Assembly (NCBI GenBank): GCA_046484245.1
Contig: JAWOBN010000032.1
Location: 1-37,015, forward strand
Length of the DNA stretch: 37,015 nt
Direction of reading: 5' to 3'
DNA from: a bacterium
GTDB lineage: Bacteria; Hydrothermota; 32-111
A program made the position numbers and the translations under genes. The notes beneath the pieces are model-generated. The model ran no database searches. It was not told the origin of the DNA and worked only from the letters and a program-made list of their open reading frames with translations. The stretch's first letter is position 1. Every line of letters begins with the position of its first letter. Positions 18,079 through 29,229 of this stretch are shown here, piece by piece.

Positions 18079-19409
18079 TGGAAACCGTAAAATTAAGCAC
18101 TATTGCCGGCTGGACAGGCGGAAGACTTATAGGCAATGACGTTGCTGTTGAGAATGTCAGCACTGACTCAAGGAAGGATACCCGGGGCAGCACAATGTTC
18201 ATTGCCATCAAAGGCATGCATTACAATGGCCATGACTTTCTGGAGAATGCGTCCCGGAAAGGTGCTGCAGGCCTGCTGCTTTCCGAGGACAGGGAGACCT
18301 CTCTCCCCCGTGTCATTGTTGAAGATACAGGTAAGGGCCTGAGGGATATTGCAATGCATTATCTTGAACAGTTTAATCCCGTGAAGATTGCAGTGACAGG
18401 TTCAACAGGAAAGACCACATTCAAGGATCTTCTATATGATGCAATTGAGAGCAGTAAAAAGATAAAGACAGAGGGCAATACCAATAATCTCATAGGTGTT
18501 CCGCTCAACATACTTAGAATAGACAGGGATACGGAGTATGCAGTCATTGAGATGGGCATGAACTCGCCAAGTGAAATAAGCGAGCTCTCCCGCATCTTCA
18601 AACCTGACTGTATTGTTATTACATCAATCAATAATTCCCATATAGGGAATTTCAATTCATTTGATGAACTCATCAATGCAAAGATGGAGATATTTGACTA
18701 TGCCGGCAGTGAGACCTCTGTTCTGATAAATGGGGACAACAGATACATACTTGATTTTGTGCCTGACAGCATAAATTACAGTACATTCGGCATGAATCCC
18801 GAAAACACTTATCATCCCGGCAGTTTCAGTCTTGACCGGACAAGCACCCGTGTTTATTTCAATAATACAGAGCTCAGTATAAATATTCCCGGCAGGGGTG
18901 CAGTCAATCTGCTCACTGCACTGTATGGTTTCAGCAGGATGAACAGTGAAGTTCCGCTGAATATTGAGTCTGCTGCAGAGTCCTTTGACCCGCCTGTGAT
19001 GCGGCTCAATATAATAAATCTTCCCCGGCTTATACTGATTGATGATTCATACAATTCAAGCCCCGCTTCACTTCTCAATGCAGCTGAAGTGCTTGAAAGA
19101 TTCAAAGGGAGGAAAATTGCAGTTCTCGGGGATATGCTGGAACTGGGCAAAAATACTGAAGAGCTTCACACAAAAACAGGCGGGCAGCTGAGGGATATGG
19201 ACATAGACATGATAATCACTCTGGGCAATGCATCCTCCGGTATTTCCTCTGATTCAGGCAGAGACAGTCATTTCACGAATATTGAGGCATTGAATAATTA
19301 TCTTAGCAGTATTGTAAGAAAGGGTGATGTAATACTGGTAAAGGGTTCAAGAAGTATGGGTATGGAAAAAACAGTGTCATTTTTAAAGGATCTGGAACAT
19401 GATTTATAA
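18078..19409 (+). CDS. murF: UDP-MurNAc-tripeptide:D-Ala-D-Ala ligase
   Basis: AVTGSTGKTT, EMGMN, DDSYNSSP, LGDMLELG and KGSR. Confidence 0.95.
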   Translation: METVKLSTIAGWTGGRLIGNDVAVENVSTDSRKDTRGSTMFIAIKGMHYNGHDFLENASRKGAAGLLLSEDRETSLPRVIVEDTGKGLRDIAMHYLEQFNPVKIAVTGSTGKTTFKDLLYDAIESSKKIKTEGNTNNLIGVPLNILRIDRDTEYAVIEMGMNSPSEISELSRIFKPDCIVITSINNSHIGNFNSFDELINAKMEIFDYAGSETSVLINGDNRYILDFVPDSINYSTFGMNPENTYHPGSFSLDRTSTRVYFNNTELSINIPGRGAVNLLTALYGFSRMNSEVPLNIESAAESFDPPVMRLNIINLPRLILIDDSYNSSPASLLNAAEVLERFKGRKIAVLGDMLELGKNTEELHTKTGGQLRDMDIDMIITLGNASSGISSDSGRDSHFTNIEALNNYLSSIVRKGDVILVKGSRSMGMEKTVSFLKDLEHDL

Positions 19410-20469
19410 ACTGCTGATATCAATAACAGATGAAATAGCATTGTTCCGCTACATAACATTCAGGGCTGCAATGGCAGCAGTAACTGCACTGCTGTTCTCC
19501 TTTATATTCGGCAGACCGATAATAAGATTCATCAAGAGTATAAACCTCACAGAGACAATAAGGGATGACGGGCCTGCCGGTCATATACATAAGACCGGAA
19601 CCCCCACAATGGGAGGACTGCTTATCATATGCTCCATTCTGAGCGGTGTTGTATTCTGGGCAGACCTCTCAAACCCGTTCATCAGAGTACTGATTCTCAT
19701 TACTGCAATACTCGGCATACTGGGCATTACTGATGACCTGCTAAAGAAAAGGGATAAGAAGGGGGTAAAACCCGCAGTCAAGATAATTGTCCAGATAATA
19801 GCGGGGCTTATTCTGGGCCTCTTTGTACTGAATTATAATGCCTACGGCATAACAAACACAATGACAAATATAATATTTTTGAAGAATATCATGATAAATC
19901 TTTCATTTATGTATATACCGTTTGTCATACTTGTATTGACAGGCACAACCAATGCCGTCAATCTGTCAGACGGTCTGGACGGACTGTCTGCGGGAATGCT
20001 TGCAGTGATATTCACTGTCTTCACTGCTATTGCATATATATCAGGCAACAGTGTTTTCAGCGAGTATCTCAATATGCATTTTATTGCCGGAAGCGGCGAG
20101 ACAACAGTATTCCTCGCATCAGCAGCTGCAGCATCCCTGGGCTTTTTATGGTTCAACTCCCATCCTGCGGAGATATTCATGGGGGACACAGGGTCCCTCA
20201 CACTGGGCGGCATACTTGCCGGTTCTGCCATACTGCTGAAACAGGAGATACTTCTCCTCATTGCAGGCGGTATGTTTGTAGTGGAGGCAATGTCTGTCAT
20301 CATACAGGTGACATCTTTCAAATTAACAGGCAGAAGGGTTTTCCCGATGGCTCCCCTGCACCATTCATTTGAAAAGATGGGTATGCCGGAGAATAAAATC
20401 GTTATTAGGTTCTGGATTGTATCAATACTGTTCGGCATACTTGCATTAAGCACATTAAAACTGAGATGA
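19399..20469 (+). CDS. mraY: Phospho-MurNAc-pentapeptide transferase
   Basis: TPTMGG, DD, NAVNLSDGLDGL, FMGDTGS and APLHH. Confidence 0.97.
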   Translation: MIYKLLISITDEIALFRYITFRAAMAAVTALLFSFIFGRPIIRFIKSINLTETIRDDGPAGHIHKTGTPTMGGLLIICSILSGVVFWADLSNPFIRVLILITAILGILGITDDLLKKRDKKGVKPAVKIIVQIIAGLILGLFVLNYNAYGITNTMTNIIFLKNIMINLSFMYIPFVILVLTGTTNAVNLSDGLDGLSAGMLAVIFTVFTAIAYISGNSVFSEYLNMHFIAGSGETTVFLASAAAASLGFLWFNSHPAEIFMGDTGSLTLGGILAGSAILLKQEILLLIAGGMFVVEAMSVIIQVTSFKLTGRRVFPMAPLHHSFEKMGMPENKIVIRFWIVSILFGILALSTLKLR

Positions 20470-21815
20470 ATACGGAAATGAATATAAAGAATAAAAGAAT
20501 CACGGTTATCGGATTCGGACAGAGCGGCAGGGATGCCTCTCTGCTTATTGAATCCAATGGGGGAAGTGTCTTTATAAGCAATGACTCCCGTCCTGCCGGC
20601 AGTGATATGGCTCTTATTGAGAAATACGGTTGGCAGTATGAGACATCCCATACAGACAGGGCATTGAATTGCGATATGATTGTCGTAAGCCCCGGCATTG
20701 AGTGGGATCTGCCCCTTATTGAAAAAGCCCTGAACTCGGATATCAGGGTCATACCGGAGATAGAGCTGGCATACGGTTTTATTGCAAAACCCGTAACAGG
20801 CATTACAGGGACAAACGGCAAATCAACAACAGCCTATCTTATTTATCAGATACTCACAAGCACAGGGATAAGACCCCGTATAGGGGGCAATATCAGCCCG
20901 GGCAAATCACTCAGCGGCATAGCATTGAAATCCCCGGATTCCTATGACCATGTTGTCTGTGAGCTTTCCTCATTCCAGCTTGAGCATATAGATGCATTCC
21001 GCTGCAATACATCAGTGCTTACCAATATTTCCGAGGATCATCTCAACAGGCACAAGACAATTGAAAATTATGCAAACAGCAAGATGAATATATTCAGCAA
21101 TCAGATGCCCGGCGACAGGGCAGTTGTCAATTCAGACAGTATCAATATTGCCGGAATCACCACAGAGGCCGACATTATAACTGTTTCAGGCAAAGACACT
21201 GAAGCGGACATACTGCTCAATGACAAGTCATTCACAGTAAAAAGCAGTGGAGAAAAGGTCAGTATGGAAGCATTCCTTCTGCCCGGCAAGCACAACAGAT
21301 TCAATCTCGTGCAGGCAATTGCAGCTGTATTCGGTCTTGATATTGATAAAGAAACAGTGGAAACCATAATCCCCTCTCTGAAGGGCATGCCCCACAGAAT
21401 GGAATATGTTGACACAATAAACAGTGTCAGGATTTACAATAATTCAATGTGCACAAATCCTGTTGCATTCAGAAGGTCTCTGGAGATATTCACTGAAGAC
21501 CAGACAGTTATTGTCGGGGGGAGAAATAAGGATTTCAATATAGAGATGATTGTTGATTCCATCATATCATTTACAGACAATATCATACTCATAGGCGAAT
21601 CAACATCCGTAATGCATGAAATGCTTGAGACAAGGAATTATCACGGCAGCATCTTCCCGGCAGACAGTCTGCAGGAGGCTGTTGTGACAGCTGTCAACAA
21701 CACGCCTGAGGGCGGTGTTATCAATTTCTCGCCGGGATTTGCATCATTTGACATGTTCAGTAATTTCCGCCAGAGAGGCGATCTGTTCAAACAGTATGTA
21801 AGGGAGCTTAAATGA
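20466..21815 (+). CDS. murD: UDP-MurNAc-L-Ala:D-Glu ligase
   Basis: SPGI, GITGTNGKSTT, ELSSFQL, DHLNRH, SPGFASFD and RG. Confidence 0.95.
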   Translation: MNTEMNIKNKRITVIGFGQSGRDASLLIESNGGSVFISNDSRPAGSDMALIEKYGWQYETSHTDRALNCDMIVVSPGIEWDLPLIEKALNSDIRVIPEIELAYGFIAKPVTGITGTNGKSTTAYLIYQILTSTGIRPRIGGNISPGKSLSGIALKSPDSYDHVVCELSSFQLEHIDAFRCNTSVLTNISEDHLNRHKTIENYANSKMNIFSNQMPGDRAVVNSDSINIAGITTEADIITVSGKDTEADILLNDKSFTVKSSGEKVSMEAFLLPGKHNRFNLVQAIAAVFGLDIDKETVETIIPSLKGMPHRMEYVDTINSVRIYNNSMCTNPVAFRRSLEIFTEDQTVIVGGRNKDFNIEMIVDSIISFTDNIILIGESTSVMHEMLETRNYHGSIFPADSLQEAVVTAVNNTPEGGVINFSPGFASFDMFSNFRQRGDLFKQYVRELK

Positions 21816-22885
21816 AGAGAGAAAGGTGGATCATGCTTTTGACATCAGCTCTTATAATGATAGGGCTTGTAATGCTCTTCAGTGCCTCCTCATTCATTGC
21901 ATATCAGAATTCCCATTTCAATAATGACCCGTATTTCTTCCTCAAGAGGCAGTTCTTCCATATGATAATAGGTGTATTCGCATTCTTTACAGCCAAATCC
22001 CTTAAATTGACATTCCTTAAGCGTATTGGACTGCCCCTTATCATTGTTTCCCTGATTCTCCTTGTATTGGTGCTGATAGTCGGGACCAGGACAAATGGAG
22101 CCAAGAGATGGCTTGATATCGGTATTTTATCATTCCAGCCGTCTGTTGTAGCGGAATTCTCACTGATAATCTTTATAAGCTCCTTTGCCTCTTCATTCAG
22201 ATCATTCTCAGTAAGGAAGAAATGGGCATATCTTGCACTGGCATTCTCGCCTGTGCCGCTCATACTCTTTGAACCCAATATATCAACTGCTGTCATTATG
22301 GCGGGATTCATCATTATCATACTTTTCATCAGCGGTATTGAAAAGAAATTCTACCTGTCCCCTGTGTGTGTATTCGGTCTGACCCTCTTTGTAATGATTC
22401 CCAAATACTCATATGCAGTCTCAAGGCTCAGTTCATTCATGGGCAGGAATCCCGGCCATATCCAGACAGAGGCATCACTCCTTGCATTCGGCAGCGGGGG
22501 TTTCTTCGGAGAGGGCATTGGACTGGGCAGACTCAAACTGCTCTTCATACCCGAGGCATACTCCGACTTCATATTCTCCATAATCGGTGAAGAACTGGGT
22601 CTTATAGGCGTACTGCTTGTTTTGGGCGCATTCATATTCCTGCTCTATCAGGGTCTGATGGTGGCAAAGAACACATATTCGCCATTCGGCAAGATACTGG
22701 CTTTCTCAATTTCACTGTTCATATTCCTCAAAGCACTGCTCCATATGGCAATTTCCGTGAAACTCCTGCCCACAACAGGCATAGGACTGCCCTTTATCTC
22801 ATACGGCGGGACTTCACTCATAATAAACATGGCTCTTATCGGCATACTGATAAGGATTGCGCAAAATGAGAAAAAATATGTATAG
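21812..22885 (+). CDS. ftsW: SEDS peptidoglycan glycosyltransferase FtsW
   Basis: GAKRW, FQPS, PEAYSDFIFSIIGEELG (catalytic Asp present) and LPFISYGGTS. Confidence 0.95.
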   Translation: MKRERWIMLLTSALIMIGLVMLFSASSFIAYQNSHFNNDPYFFLKRQFFHMIIGVFAFFTAKSLKLTFLKRIGLPLIIVSLILLVLVLIVGTRTNGAKRWLDIGILSFQPSVVAEFSLIIFISSFASSFRSFSVRKKWAYLALAFSPVPLILFEPNISTAVIMAGFIIIILFISGIEKKFYLSPVCVFGLTLFVMIPKYSYAVSRLSSFMGRNPGHIQTEASLLAFGSGGFFGEGIGLGRLKLLFIPEAYSDFIFSIIGEELGLIGVLLVLGAFIFLLYQGLMVAKNTYSPFGKILAFSISLFIFLKALLHMAISVKLLPTTGIGLPFISYGGTSLIINMALIGILIRIAQNEKKYV

Positions 22886-23900
22886 AAATTTGTCAGGCAT
22901 AAAACCCAATATACTGATATCCGCCGGAGGAACAGGCGGTCATATCATGCCTGCAGTTACAATAGGCAGTCAGATGGAATATTTCAGACCACTGTATATA
23001 TGCGGAGTGAGGGATATTGAAAAAACAATATACAGGGATATGGGCATTGAGCCGTTTACAGTAAATATGAAAAACCTGAGACCTGCCTCAATCCCCGCCC
23101 TGATAAGCGGTATCATAAAAGCAGTTTCCCTAATAATATCACGGAATATCGCCTCCATACTGATGATGGGAAGTTACGCGGGTCTGCCTGCAGGTATTGC
23201 GGGTCTCCTGACAAACACCCCTGTTTTTCTGATGGAGCAGGACATTATCCCGGGCAGGACAATTAAACTGTTTTCATTCTTCTCGCATATAGTGTTTACC
23301 GGATTCAACAGCAAATACAGATTGCCGGGCAGGGCAAAGTGCGTATTCACAGGTCATCCCATTCCCGAAAGATCCGAGCCGCGCAATTTCAGACCGGAGC
23401 ATTTCTTTGATAATACAAGAAAGACAATCCTTCTGACAGGCGGCAGCCAGGGGGCTCTTGACATGTACAGGAGAGTAATAGATGCACTGACGGAGATTGG
23501 CCGGTACAATATCATACTCCTTGCAGGCAATTACCGATCCTCTTTTTCTGACAGTGACAATATGAAGGTGCTGGGTTTCAGGAATGATATGGGCCGTTTC
23601 TATGCATCAGCTGATATAATAATCTCAAGAGCAGGAGCTCTGTCAATTGCAGAGATAATCAATACAGGCAAACCCTCTATTCTGATTCCCCTGCCCCGTT
23701 CTGCCGGTTCCCATCAATTGAAGAATGCCCGTTATGCAGCAGATGCATACAGGGAAATAATGGTTATTGAGGAGCACAGGGTAAATACAGCAACACTGGA
23801 GAAAACACTGGACTCACTGCCCTCAGGCACTGAGAGAAGGCAGCAGGTGAATACAGCCAATATTATAGAAAGGACAATAATGGAATGTTTAAGGATGTAA
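22878..23900 (+). CDS. murG: Lipid II GlcNAc transferase
   Basis: GGTGGH, EQD, GGSQG, SRAGA and HQLKNA. Start set to the ATG at 22878. Confidence 0.93.
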   Translation: MYRNLSGIKPNILISAGGTGGHIMPAVTIGSQMEYFRPLYICGVRDIEKTIYRDMGIEPFTVNMKNLRPASIPALISGIIKAVSLIISRNIASILMMGSYAGLPAGIAGLLTNTPVFLMEQDIIPGRTIKLFSFFSHIVFTGFNSKYRLPGRAKCVFTGHPIPERSEPRNFRPEHFFDNTRKTILLTGGSQGALDMYRRVIDALTEIGRYNIILLAGNYRSSFSDSDNMKVLGFRNDMGRFYASADIIISRAGALSIAEIINTGKPSILIPLPRSAGSHQLKNARYAADAYREIMVIEEHRVNTATLEKTLDSLPSGTERRQQVNTANIIERTIMECLRM

Positions 23901-25270
23901 ATAATATTCATTTTATCGGAATAGGCGGTATTGGTATGAGCGGTATTGCAGCAGTGCTGAACAGCATGGGCTACAATATATCAGGTTCCGATATCAGGGA
24001 GTCGGCAATCACGCGCAGGCTTGAGGATGCCGGAATCAGGATAAGCTACTCCCATGACGGGCGCAATATTGAGAAAGCGGATATTGTTGTATTCTCATCA
24101 GCAGTTCATGAGGATAATCCCGAGATTGAAGAAGCCCGCAGAAACAATATACCCGTGATTGCCAGGGCTGAAATGCTCGCTGAAATTATGCGCCTCAAGA
24201 CATCCATAGCTGTATCAGGCACACACGGGAAGACAACCACAACATCAATGACAGCAAGCATAATTGAAACAGCCGGTATGGACCCCACTGTTATTGTCGG
24301 CGGCATAGTCAAATCACTGAAGAACAATAATGCGCAGCTGGGAAGCGGTGATTATATTGTTGCTGAGGCGGATGAGAGTGATAAATCATTCATCAAACTG
24401 CTGCCTGATATTGCAGTTATCACCAATATAGATATTGACCATCTGGATAATTATAATGGCATTGACGAGATCAAGGAGCATTTCGGGCACTTTATTGAAA
24501 CAGTGCCCTTTGAAGGCCTCATTATATACTGCAGTGATGACAAGAATGCCTCTGACACTGTGAAGGGTATTGACAGAAGGGCTGTAGGCTACGGTTTTAA
24601 CCGGAAAGCGCAGGTCAGGGCATCAGGTATTGAACTGACACCTCTCGGTTCATCCTATGAACTCAGTATTGACAATCAGCACCTCGGGAAGATACAGCTC
24701 AATGTACCGGGGCAGCACAATATACTCAATTCCCTTGCAGCAGTTTCCGTGGGATTTGAACTGGGTATTGAATTTGAGACAGTCAGGAAAGCGCTCGGGG
24801 GATTTGAAGGTGTATGCAGGAGATTTGATGTTATATTCAAGAACAATGCAAGGGGTATATTCATTGTTGATGATTATGCTCATCACCCCAAAGAGATAAT
24901 ATCAGTACTCAATTCAGCAAGGAATATGGGTGATTACAGGATTGTCACTGTCTTCCAGCCGCATCTGTACAGCAGGACATTGAAACTGATGGACAAATTT
25001 GCGGAGATCCTCTCCACATCGGATATTACTGTAATAACCGATATCTATCCTGCAAGGGAAAAACCAATGGAGAATGTCACGGGAGAGACACTCTTTGATC
25101 AGACAGTAAAATACAAAGGCAGCAATATATACTATATTGAGAATAAGGATGAACTCCCCGGTTTTCTCAAGGATTTTGCTGAGGACAATACAATATTTTT
25201 ATTCATGGGTGCAGGGGATATCAATAAATACTCCCGACTGCTCAAGGAGGAATTGAGCAATGAGAATTAG
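23885..25270 (+). CDS. murC: UDP-MurNAc:L-Ala ligase
   Basis: GIGGIGMSG, GTHGKTTT, EADESD, DDYAHHP and FQPHLYSRT. Confidence 0.97.
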   Translation: MFKDVNNIHFIGIGGIGMSGIAAVLNSMGYNISGSDIRESAITRRLEDAGIRISYSHDGRNIEKADIVVFSSAVHEDNPEIEEARRNNIPVIARAEMLAEIMRLKTSIAVSGTHGKTTTTSMTASIIETAGMDPTVIVGGIVKSLKNNNAQLGSGDYIVAEADESDKSFIKLLPDIAVITNIDIDHLDNYNGIDEIKEHFGHFIETVPFEGLIIYCSDDKNASDTVKGIDRRAVGYGFNRKAQVRASGIELTPLGSSYELSIDNQHLGKIQLNVPGQHNILNSLAAVSVGFELGIEFETVRKALGGFEGVCRRFDVIFKNNARGIFIVDDYAHHPKEIISVLNSARNMGDYRIVTVFQPHLYSRTLKLMDKFAEILSTSDITVITDIYPAREKPMENVTGETLFDQTVKYKGSNIYYIENKDELPGFLKDFAEDNTIFLFMGAGDINKYSRLLKEELSNEN

Positions 25271-26072
25271 AGAACATGTCAATCTTGCCCGGCTCTCATA
25301 TATCAATATAGGTCCCTATACGGATAAACTCTATATTGCAGAAAGCATGGATGACCTGAAAGATGCGGGGCAATGCAAAATTCTGGGCAATCTCTCCAAT
25401 ATACTCTTTATAAAGAGCAGATACAGTATTAAATTCATGAAACTGAGCGGTCACTTCAATCATATTGAAATTGACAGAGAGAACAATAAGGCCAGAGCAG
25501 GTGCAGGCAATACAATCATAAGAATGATATCTGTTCTTTCAGACAGCAATCTCGGCGGACTTGAGAAACTCTCCGGCATACCGGGGACAATAGGCGGTAT
25601 GATAAGAAATAATGCCGGTGCATTCGGCATGTCAATAGCTGACAGGCTCGCGGGCATTGAAACACCGGAGGGATACAGGGATATATCCGCCTCCGATTTC
25701 TCATACAGAGAGGGTATTGACAGCACAATTCTGTTTGCCCATTTCAATGTCTCCCCAAAAGACAAGAAAAGCATTATTGAAGAGATAGACGGTGTGTCAG
25801 CCATAAGGGAGACCAGTCAGCCGCAGGGCAAAACACTCGGTTCAGTATTCAAGAATCCCGGCGGCAAACTGAAGGCATGGGAACTGATAGACAGATGCCG
25901 GCTGAGGGGATTTTCCGTTAATGATATATATGTTTCCAAAAAGCACTGTAATTTCTTCATCAACAGGGGCAGCGGCACAGCTGATGATTTCCTCAGACTG
26001 GGGGATATTGTGAGAGAGAGGGTCATGAAGGAATTCAATATTGAACTGGAGTATGAAATTGAGTTATTCTAA
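25260..26072 (+). CDS. murB: UDP-N-acetylenolpyruvoylglucosamine reductase
   Basis: GIPGTIGG..NAGAFG, FSYR, GSVFKNP, KHCNF and LEYEI. Confidence 0.92.
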   Translation: MRIREHVNLARLSYINIGPYTDKLYIAESMDDLKDAGQCKILGNLSNILFIKSRYSIKFMKLSGHFNHIEIDRENNKARAGAGNTIIRMISVLSDSNLGGLEKLSGIPGTIGGMIRNNAGAFGMSIADRLAGIETPEGYRDISASDFSYREGIDSTILFAHFNVSPKDKKSIIEEIDGVSAIRETSQPQGKTLGSVFKNPGGKLKAWELIDRCRLRGFSVNDIYVSKKHCNFFINRGSGTADDFLRLGDIVRERVMKEFNIELEYEIELF

Positions 26073-26781
26073 TAATACCGAGATTCTCTTCAGAAAGAAA
26101 AAGAAGAGTAAGAAGAGAATGACAAGGGTCAAGAACAGTGTGAGGGTTCTCACAATGAGGCTGCTCCTTGCCTGTTTCATACTGTTCATACTTTATACAG
26201 GTGCAAGAATATTCATTGCCAAGACGGATTTTTTCAATATTAAATCCATCTCTGTGGTCTGTCTCAATTCAAAAGACGAGTTATCCCTCAAACCGTTTAT
26301 GCTGCTCAGGGACAGCCTGATACTGGATATTGACAGAAACAGTGCAGAGGGCATTGTCAGAGAGCATTTCCCCGGATACGGCATAAGGGCTGTCAATAAG
26401 AGATATCCCTCTTCAGTGACATTTGTTCTGTATAAGAAAATTCCGGTAATATGCATCAATGGCAGATACTCGGTTAATCAGGACGGATCTGTATCAGTTA
26501 AGAGGAATACAGATATTATAAGAATGAATGCGGATATTGATGGAATGGAGAGTATATTTGATATACCGGGATTTCCGACAATCTTCAGTGACATTATAAG
26601 GCAGAGTAAATATATTGAAAACATAAAGTACTCCAAAAGAGAGTTCACTATTGAGACAAAAGACAATAAGCATTTCACAATCGTGTCAGGCAACAGTCTC
26701 GGCAATCTCAAGGAACTGGGCAATGCACCCTACTCTGCATTTGACATGAGAATTAATGAAATGACACTTGTAAAAAATTAA
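26053..26781 (+). CDS. ftsQ: FtsQ/DivIB-like protein (divergent)
   Basis: Basic N-terminus, one TM, POTRA-like F.IKSISV...KRYPSSV and a terminal DMR; lies just before ftsA. Confidence 0.7.
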   Translation: MKLSYSNNTEILFRKKKKSKKRMTRVKNSVRVLTMRLLLACFILFILYTGARIFIAKTDFFNIKSISVVCLNSKDELSLKPFMLLRDSLILDIDRNSAEGIVREHFPGYGIRAVNKRYPSSVTFVLYKKIPVICINGRYSVNQDGSVSVKRNTDIIRMNADIDGMESIFDIPGFPTIFSDIIRQSKYIENIKYSKREFTIETKDNKHFTIVSGNSLGNLKELGNAPYSAFDMRINEMTLVKN

Positions 26782-26794
26782 AAAGGAAGGTCAT

Positions 26795-28018
26795 ATGACT
26801 ATTTCTGTAATTGATATCGGCACAACAAGCATCAAAACCATAATAGCGAGAAAGGAGCCTGACAGCGGGGAGCTCAATGTAATCGGTGTTTCTGATATTG
26901 AAAACACGGGTCTGAGAAAGAGCAGTATAGTGGATATTGACAGAACAATCTCCACAATCAAGAGATCTGTTGAACAGGCAAAACTCATGGCAGGCATTGA
27001 TGTGAAGAACCTCCATGCCAGTATTGGCGGTGATTCAATACTGGGATTTACAGGCAAGGGAGTAGTTGTCACCTCATCATCCACACCCATAACAGACAAT
27101 GATGTAATGAGAGTCATAGAATCCACAAAGACAAATTCCAATATGGATGATGAGATACTGCATGTTCTGCCTATCTCCTATAATGTTGACAAACATCCGG
27201 ATATCATGAATCCCGTAGGGCTCAGGGGCAAACAGCTTCATGCTGAGACCCTTATCATAGCAGTGCCGACAATAACCCTGCAGAATTTCTCAAATGCAAT
27301 TGAAAGAGCCGGCTATATACATGATGAATTCATTGTCCAGCAGGTTGCAGCATATAATTCAATACTGGACAGTGAGGAAAGGGAGCTGGGTGTGGCTCTT
27401 ATTGACATTGGAGGCGGGACAACAAAGATATCCGTATTCTACAACAATGCAATGAGATATGTGGCGACCATAAGGATAGGCGGTGATAATATCACCCAGG
27501 ACCTCTCCATAGGCCTCAGGACACCGCGCACAGAAGCAGAGAGAATAAAGAAGGAACAGGGCAACTGCATGAGGGAGAAGATTGACTACAGCAGGGAAAT
27601 CACAATCCCCGGTGTGCATGACCGCGAGGACAGGAAGGTTTCCATGGAGGAGATTGTCAATATCATTGAACCGCGCGTAGTTGAGATGATGGATCTTATC
27701 CAGAAGAGTCTCTATGATTCGCAGCTCTACGGCAAGCTCAATACAGGCATAGTGCTGACAGGCGGCACTGCTGCATTGAGCGGCATCAAGGAGCTCGCCG
27801 AGAAGCATCTTGATGTGCCTGTGAAGATCGGGTATCCGAAGGGCCTCAGCGGACTTTCGGATAATATCAATCATCCCAAGTTCGCTGTTTCAGCAGGCAT
27901 GGTCAAGTATATAGACGCATATGACACATCTGTTGTCTCACACAGGATCAATAAGAATGATATAAGAAATAAATGGACAGATATAATGAATTCTATAAAA
28001 GAAATGTTTAAATTATAA
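26795..28018 (+). CDS. ftsA: Cell division protein FtsA
   Basis: DIGTTSIK, IDIGGGTT, AERIK and VLTGG. Confidence 0.96.
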   Translation: MTISVIDIGTTSIKTIIARKEPDSGELNVIGVSDIENTGLRKSSIVDIDRTISTIKRSVEQAKLMAGIDVKNLHASIGGDSILGFTGKGVVVTSSSTPITDNDVMRVIESTKTNSNMDDEILHVLPISYNVDKHPDIMNPVGLRGKQLHAETLIIAVPTITLQNFSNAIERAGYIHDEFIVQQVAAYNSILDSEERELGVALIDIGGGTTKISVFYNNAMRYVATIRIGGDNITQDLSIGLRTPRTEAERIKKEQGNCMREKIDYSREITIPGVHDREDRKVSMEEIVNIIEPRVVEMMDLIQKSLYDSQLYGKLNTGIVLTGGTAALSGIKELAEKHLDVPVKIGYPKGLSGLSDNINHPKFAVSAGMVKYIDAYDTSVVSHRINKNDIRNKWTDIMNSIKEMFKL

Positions 28019-28032
28019 AAAGGGGGAGACAA

Positions 28033-29169
28033 ATGTTTATTCCTGCAAAAGACGCATTACAACCGGCAAAAATCAAAATCATCGGTGTTGGAGGAGCCGG
28101 AGGGAATGCAATCAACAGAATGATATCGTATGATTTCAATGGTGTTGATTACATTGCCGCCAATACTGACCAGCAGATACTGTCAGTGTCCAGTGCACCG
28201 ACAAAGATTCAGCTCGGGAAAACAGTGGCATCAGGCCTCGGGGTCGGGGGTGATCCCGAGAAAGGCAAAAAATCAGCTGAGGAAAGCAAGGATGAGATAA
28301 GAGAGGCAATTGAAGGTGCTGATATGCTTTTCATAACAGCAGGCATGGGGGGCGGAACAGGCACAGGCGCTGCCCCTATTATTGCAGAACTTGCCAAGGA
28401 GATGGATATACTGACAGTTGCCATTGTGACAAAACCATTCAATTTTGAAGGCAAGAAGAGGATGAATCATGCACAGAACGGCATTTCAATACTCAAGGAT
28501 ATCTCGGATACTGCACTTGTTATTCCCAATGAGAAACTCAAGGAGATATCCGAACCCACAACACCCCTCACCAGTGTGTTTGAACAGGCGGACAATATAC
28601 TCTATCAGGCAGCAAAGGGTATATCCGATATCATAATCACACCGGGTCTTGTCAACAGGGACTTTGCTGATGTGAAGACAGTTATGTCCTACAGGGGCGA
28701 TGCTGTCATAGGAATGGGTTATGCAAAGGGTGAGGCAAGGGGCGCAAGCGCATCCCAGATAGCCCTTGACTGCCCGATACTTGAGGATTCCTCGGTAGAG
28801 GGTGCCGGAGCACTCCTTGTGACAATCACAGGTCCGGACAATCTGTCCATATCGGATATTGAAGACAGTATGACTGTAATAAGAGAACGGGCAGGCGAAG
28901 ATGCGGAGATGATATTCGGAGCAATCATTGACAATAATCTTGAAGATGAGATCCGTCTCACTGTTGTTGCAACAGGAATCAATCAGAAGAGAGAGGAGAA
29001 GACAACAGAGAATACAGAGACACTGGATCTGTTCAAATCAAAGAATGACCCGGATCAGAAGGAGAATAAGGAAGAAGGAGACATAGAACCGGCATATCAG
29101 TATAAAAGGACAAAAGCCAGGGAAGATGACCTTGACACACCCACTTTCCTGAGAAGAGCAATAGATTAA
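28033..29169 (+). CDS. ftsZ: Cell division protein FtsZ
   Basis: GVGGAGGNA, GMGGGTGTG, DFADV and the C-terminal DTPTFLRR. Confidence 0.98.
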   Translation: MFIPAKDALQPAKIKIIGVGGAGGNAINRMISYDFNGVDYIAANTDQQILSVSSAPTKIQLGKTVASGLGVGGDPEKGKKSAEESKDEIREAIEGADMLFITAGMGGGTGTGAAPIIAELAKEMDILTVAIVTKPFNFEGKKRMNHAQNGISILKDISDTALVIPNEKLKEISEPTTPLTSVFEQADNILYQAAKGISDIIITPGLVNRDFADVKTVMSYRGDAVIGMGYAKGEARGASASQIALDCPILEDSSVEGAGALLVTITGPDNLSISDIEDSMTVIRERAGEDAEMIFGAIIDNNLEDEIRLTVVATGINQKREEKTTENTETLDLFKSKNDPDQKENKEEGDIEPAYQYKRTKAREDDLDTPTFLRRAID

Positions 29170-29183
29170 ACTCATACTCCCCC

Positions 29184-29210
29184 GGTGCCTGCTGTTCTGC
29201 AGCAGGCACC
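29184..29210. terminator. Hairpin between convergent ftsZ and corA, probable terminator
   Basis: Perfect 11-bp stem GGTGCCTGCTG/CAGCAGGCACC with a 5-nt loop; only a weak T-tract on the + strand. Confidence 0.75.
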
Positions 29211-29229
29211 ACCCTTTTCCTCACTGCTT

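Noticed and set aside
25260..26072. MurB as a degenerate enzyme (short, altered N-terminal motifs)
   Set aside because: Catalytic Arg, Ser and Glu motifs (FSYR, GSVFKNP, LEYEI) are retained.
25260..26781. Absence of ddl between murB and ftsQ
   Set aside because: ddl is often located elsewhere; nothing can be concluded from one window.
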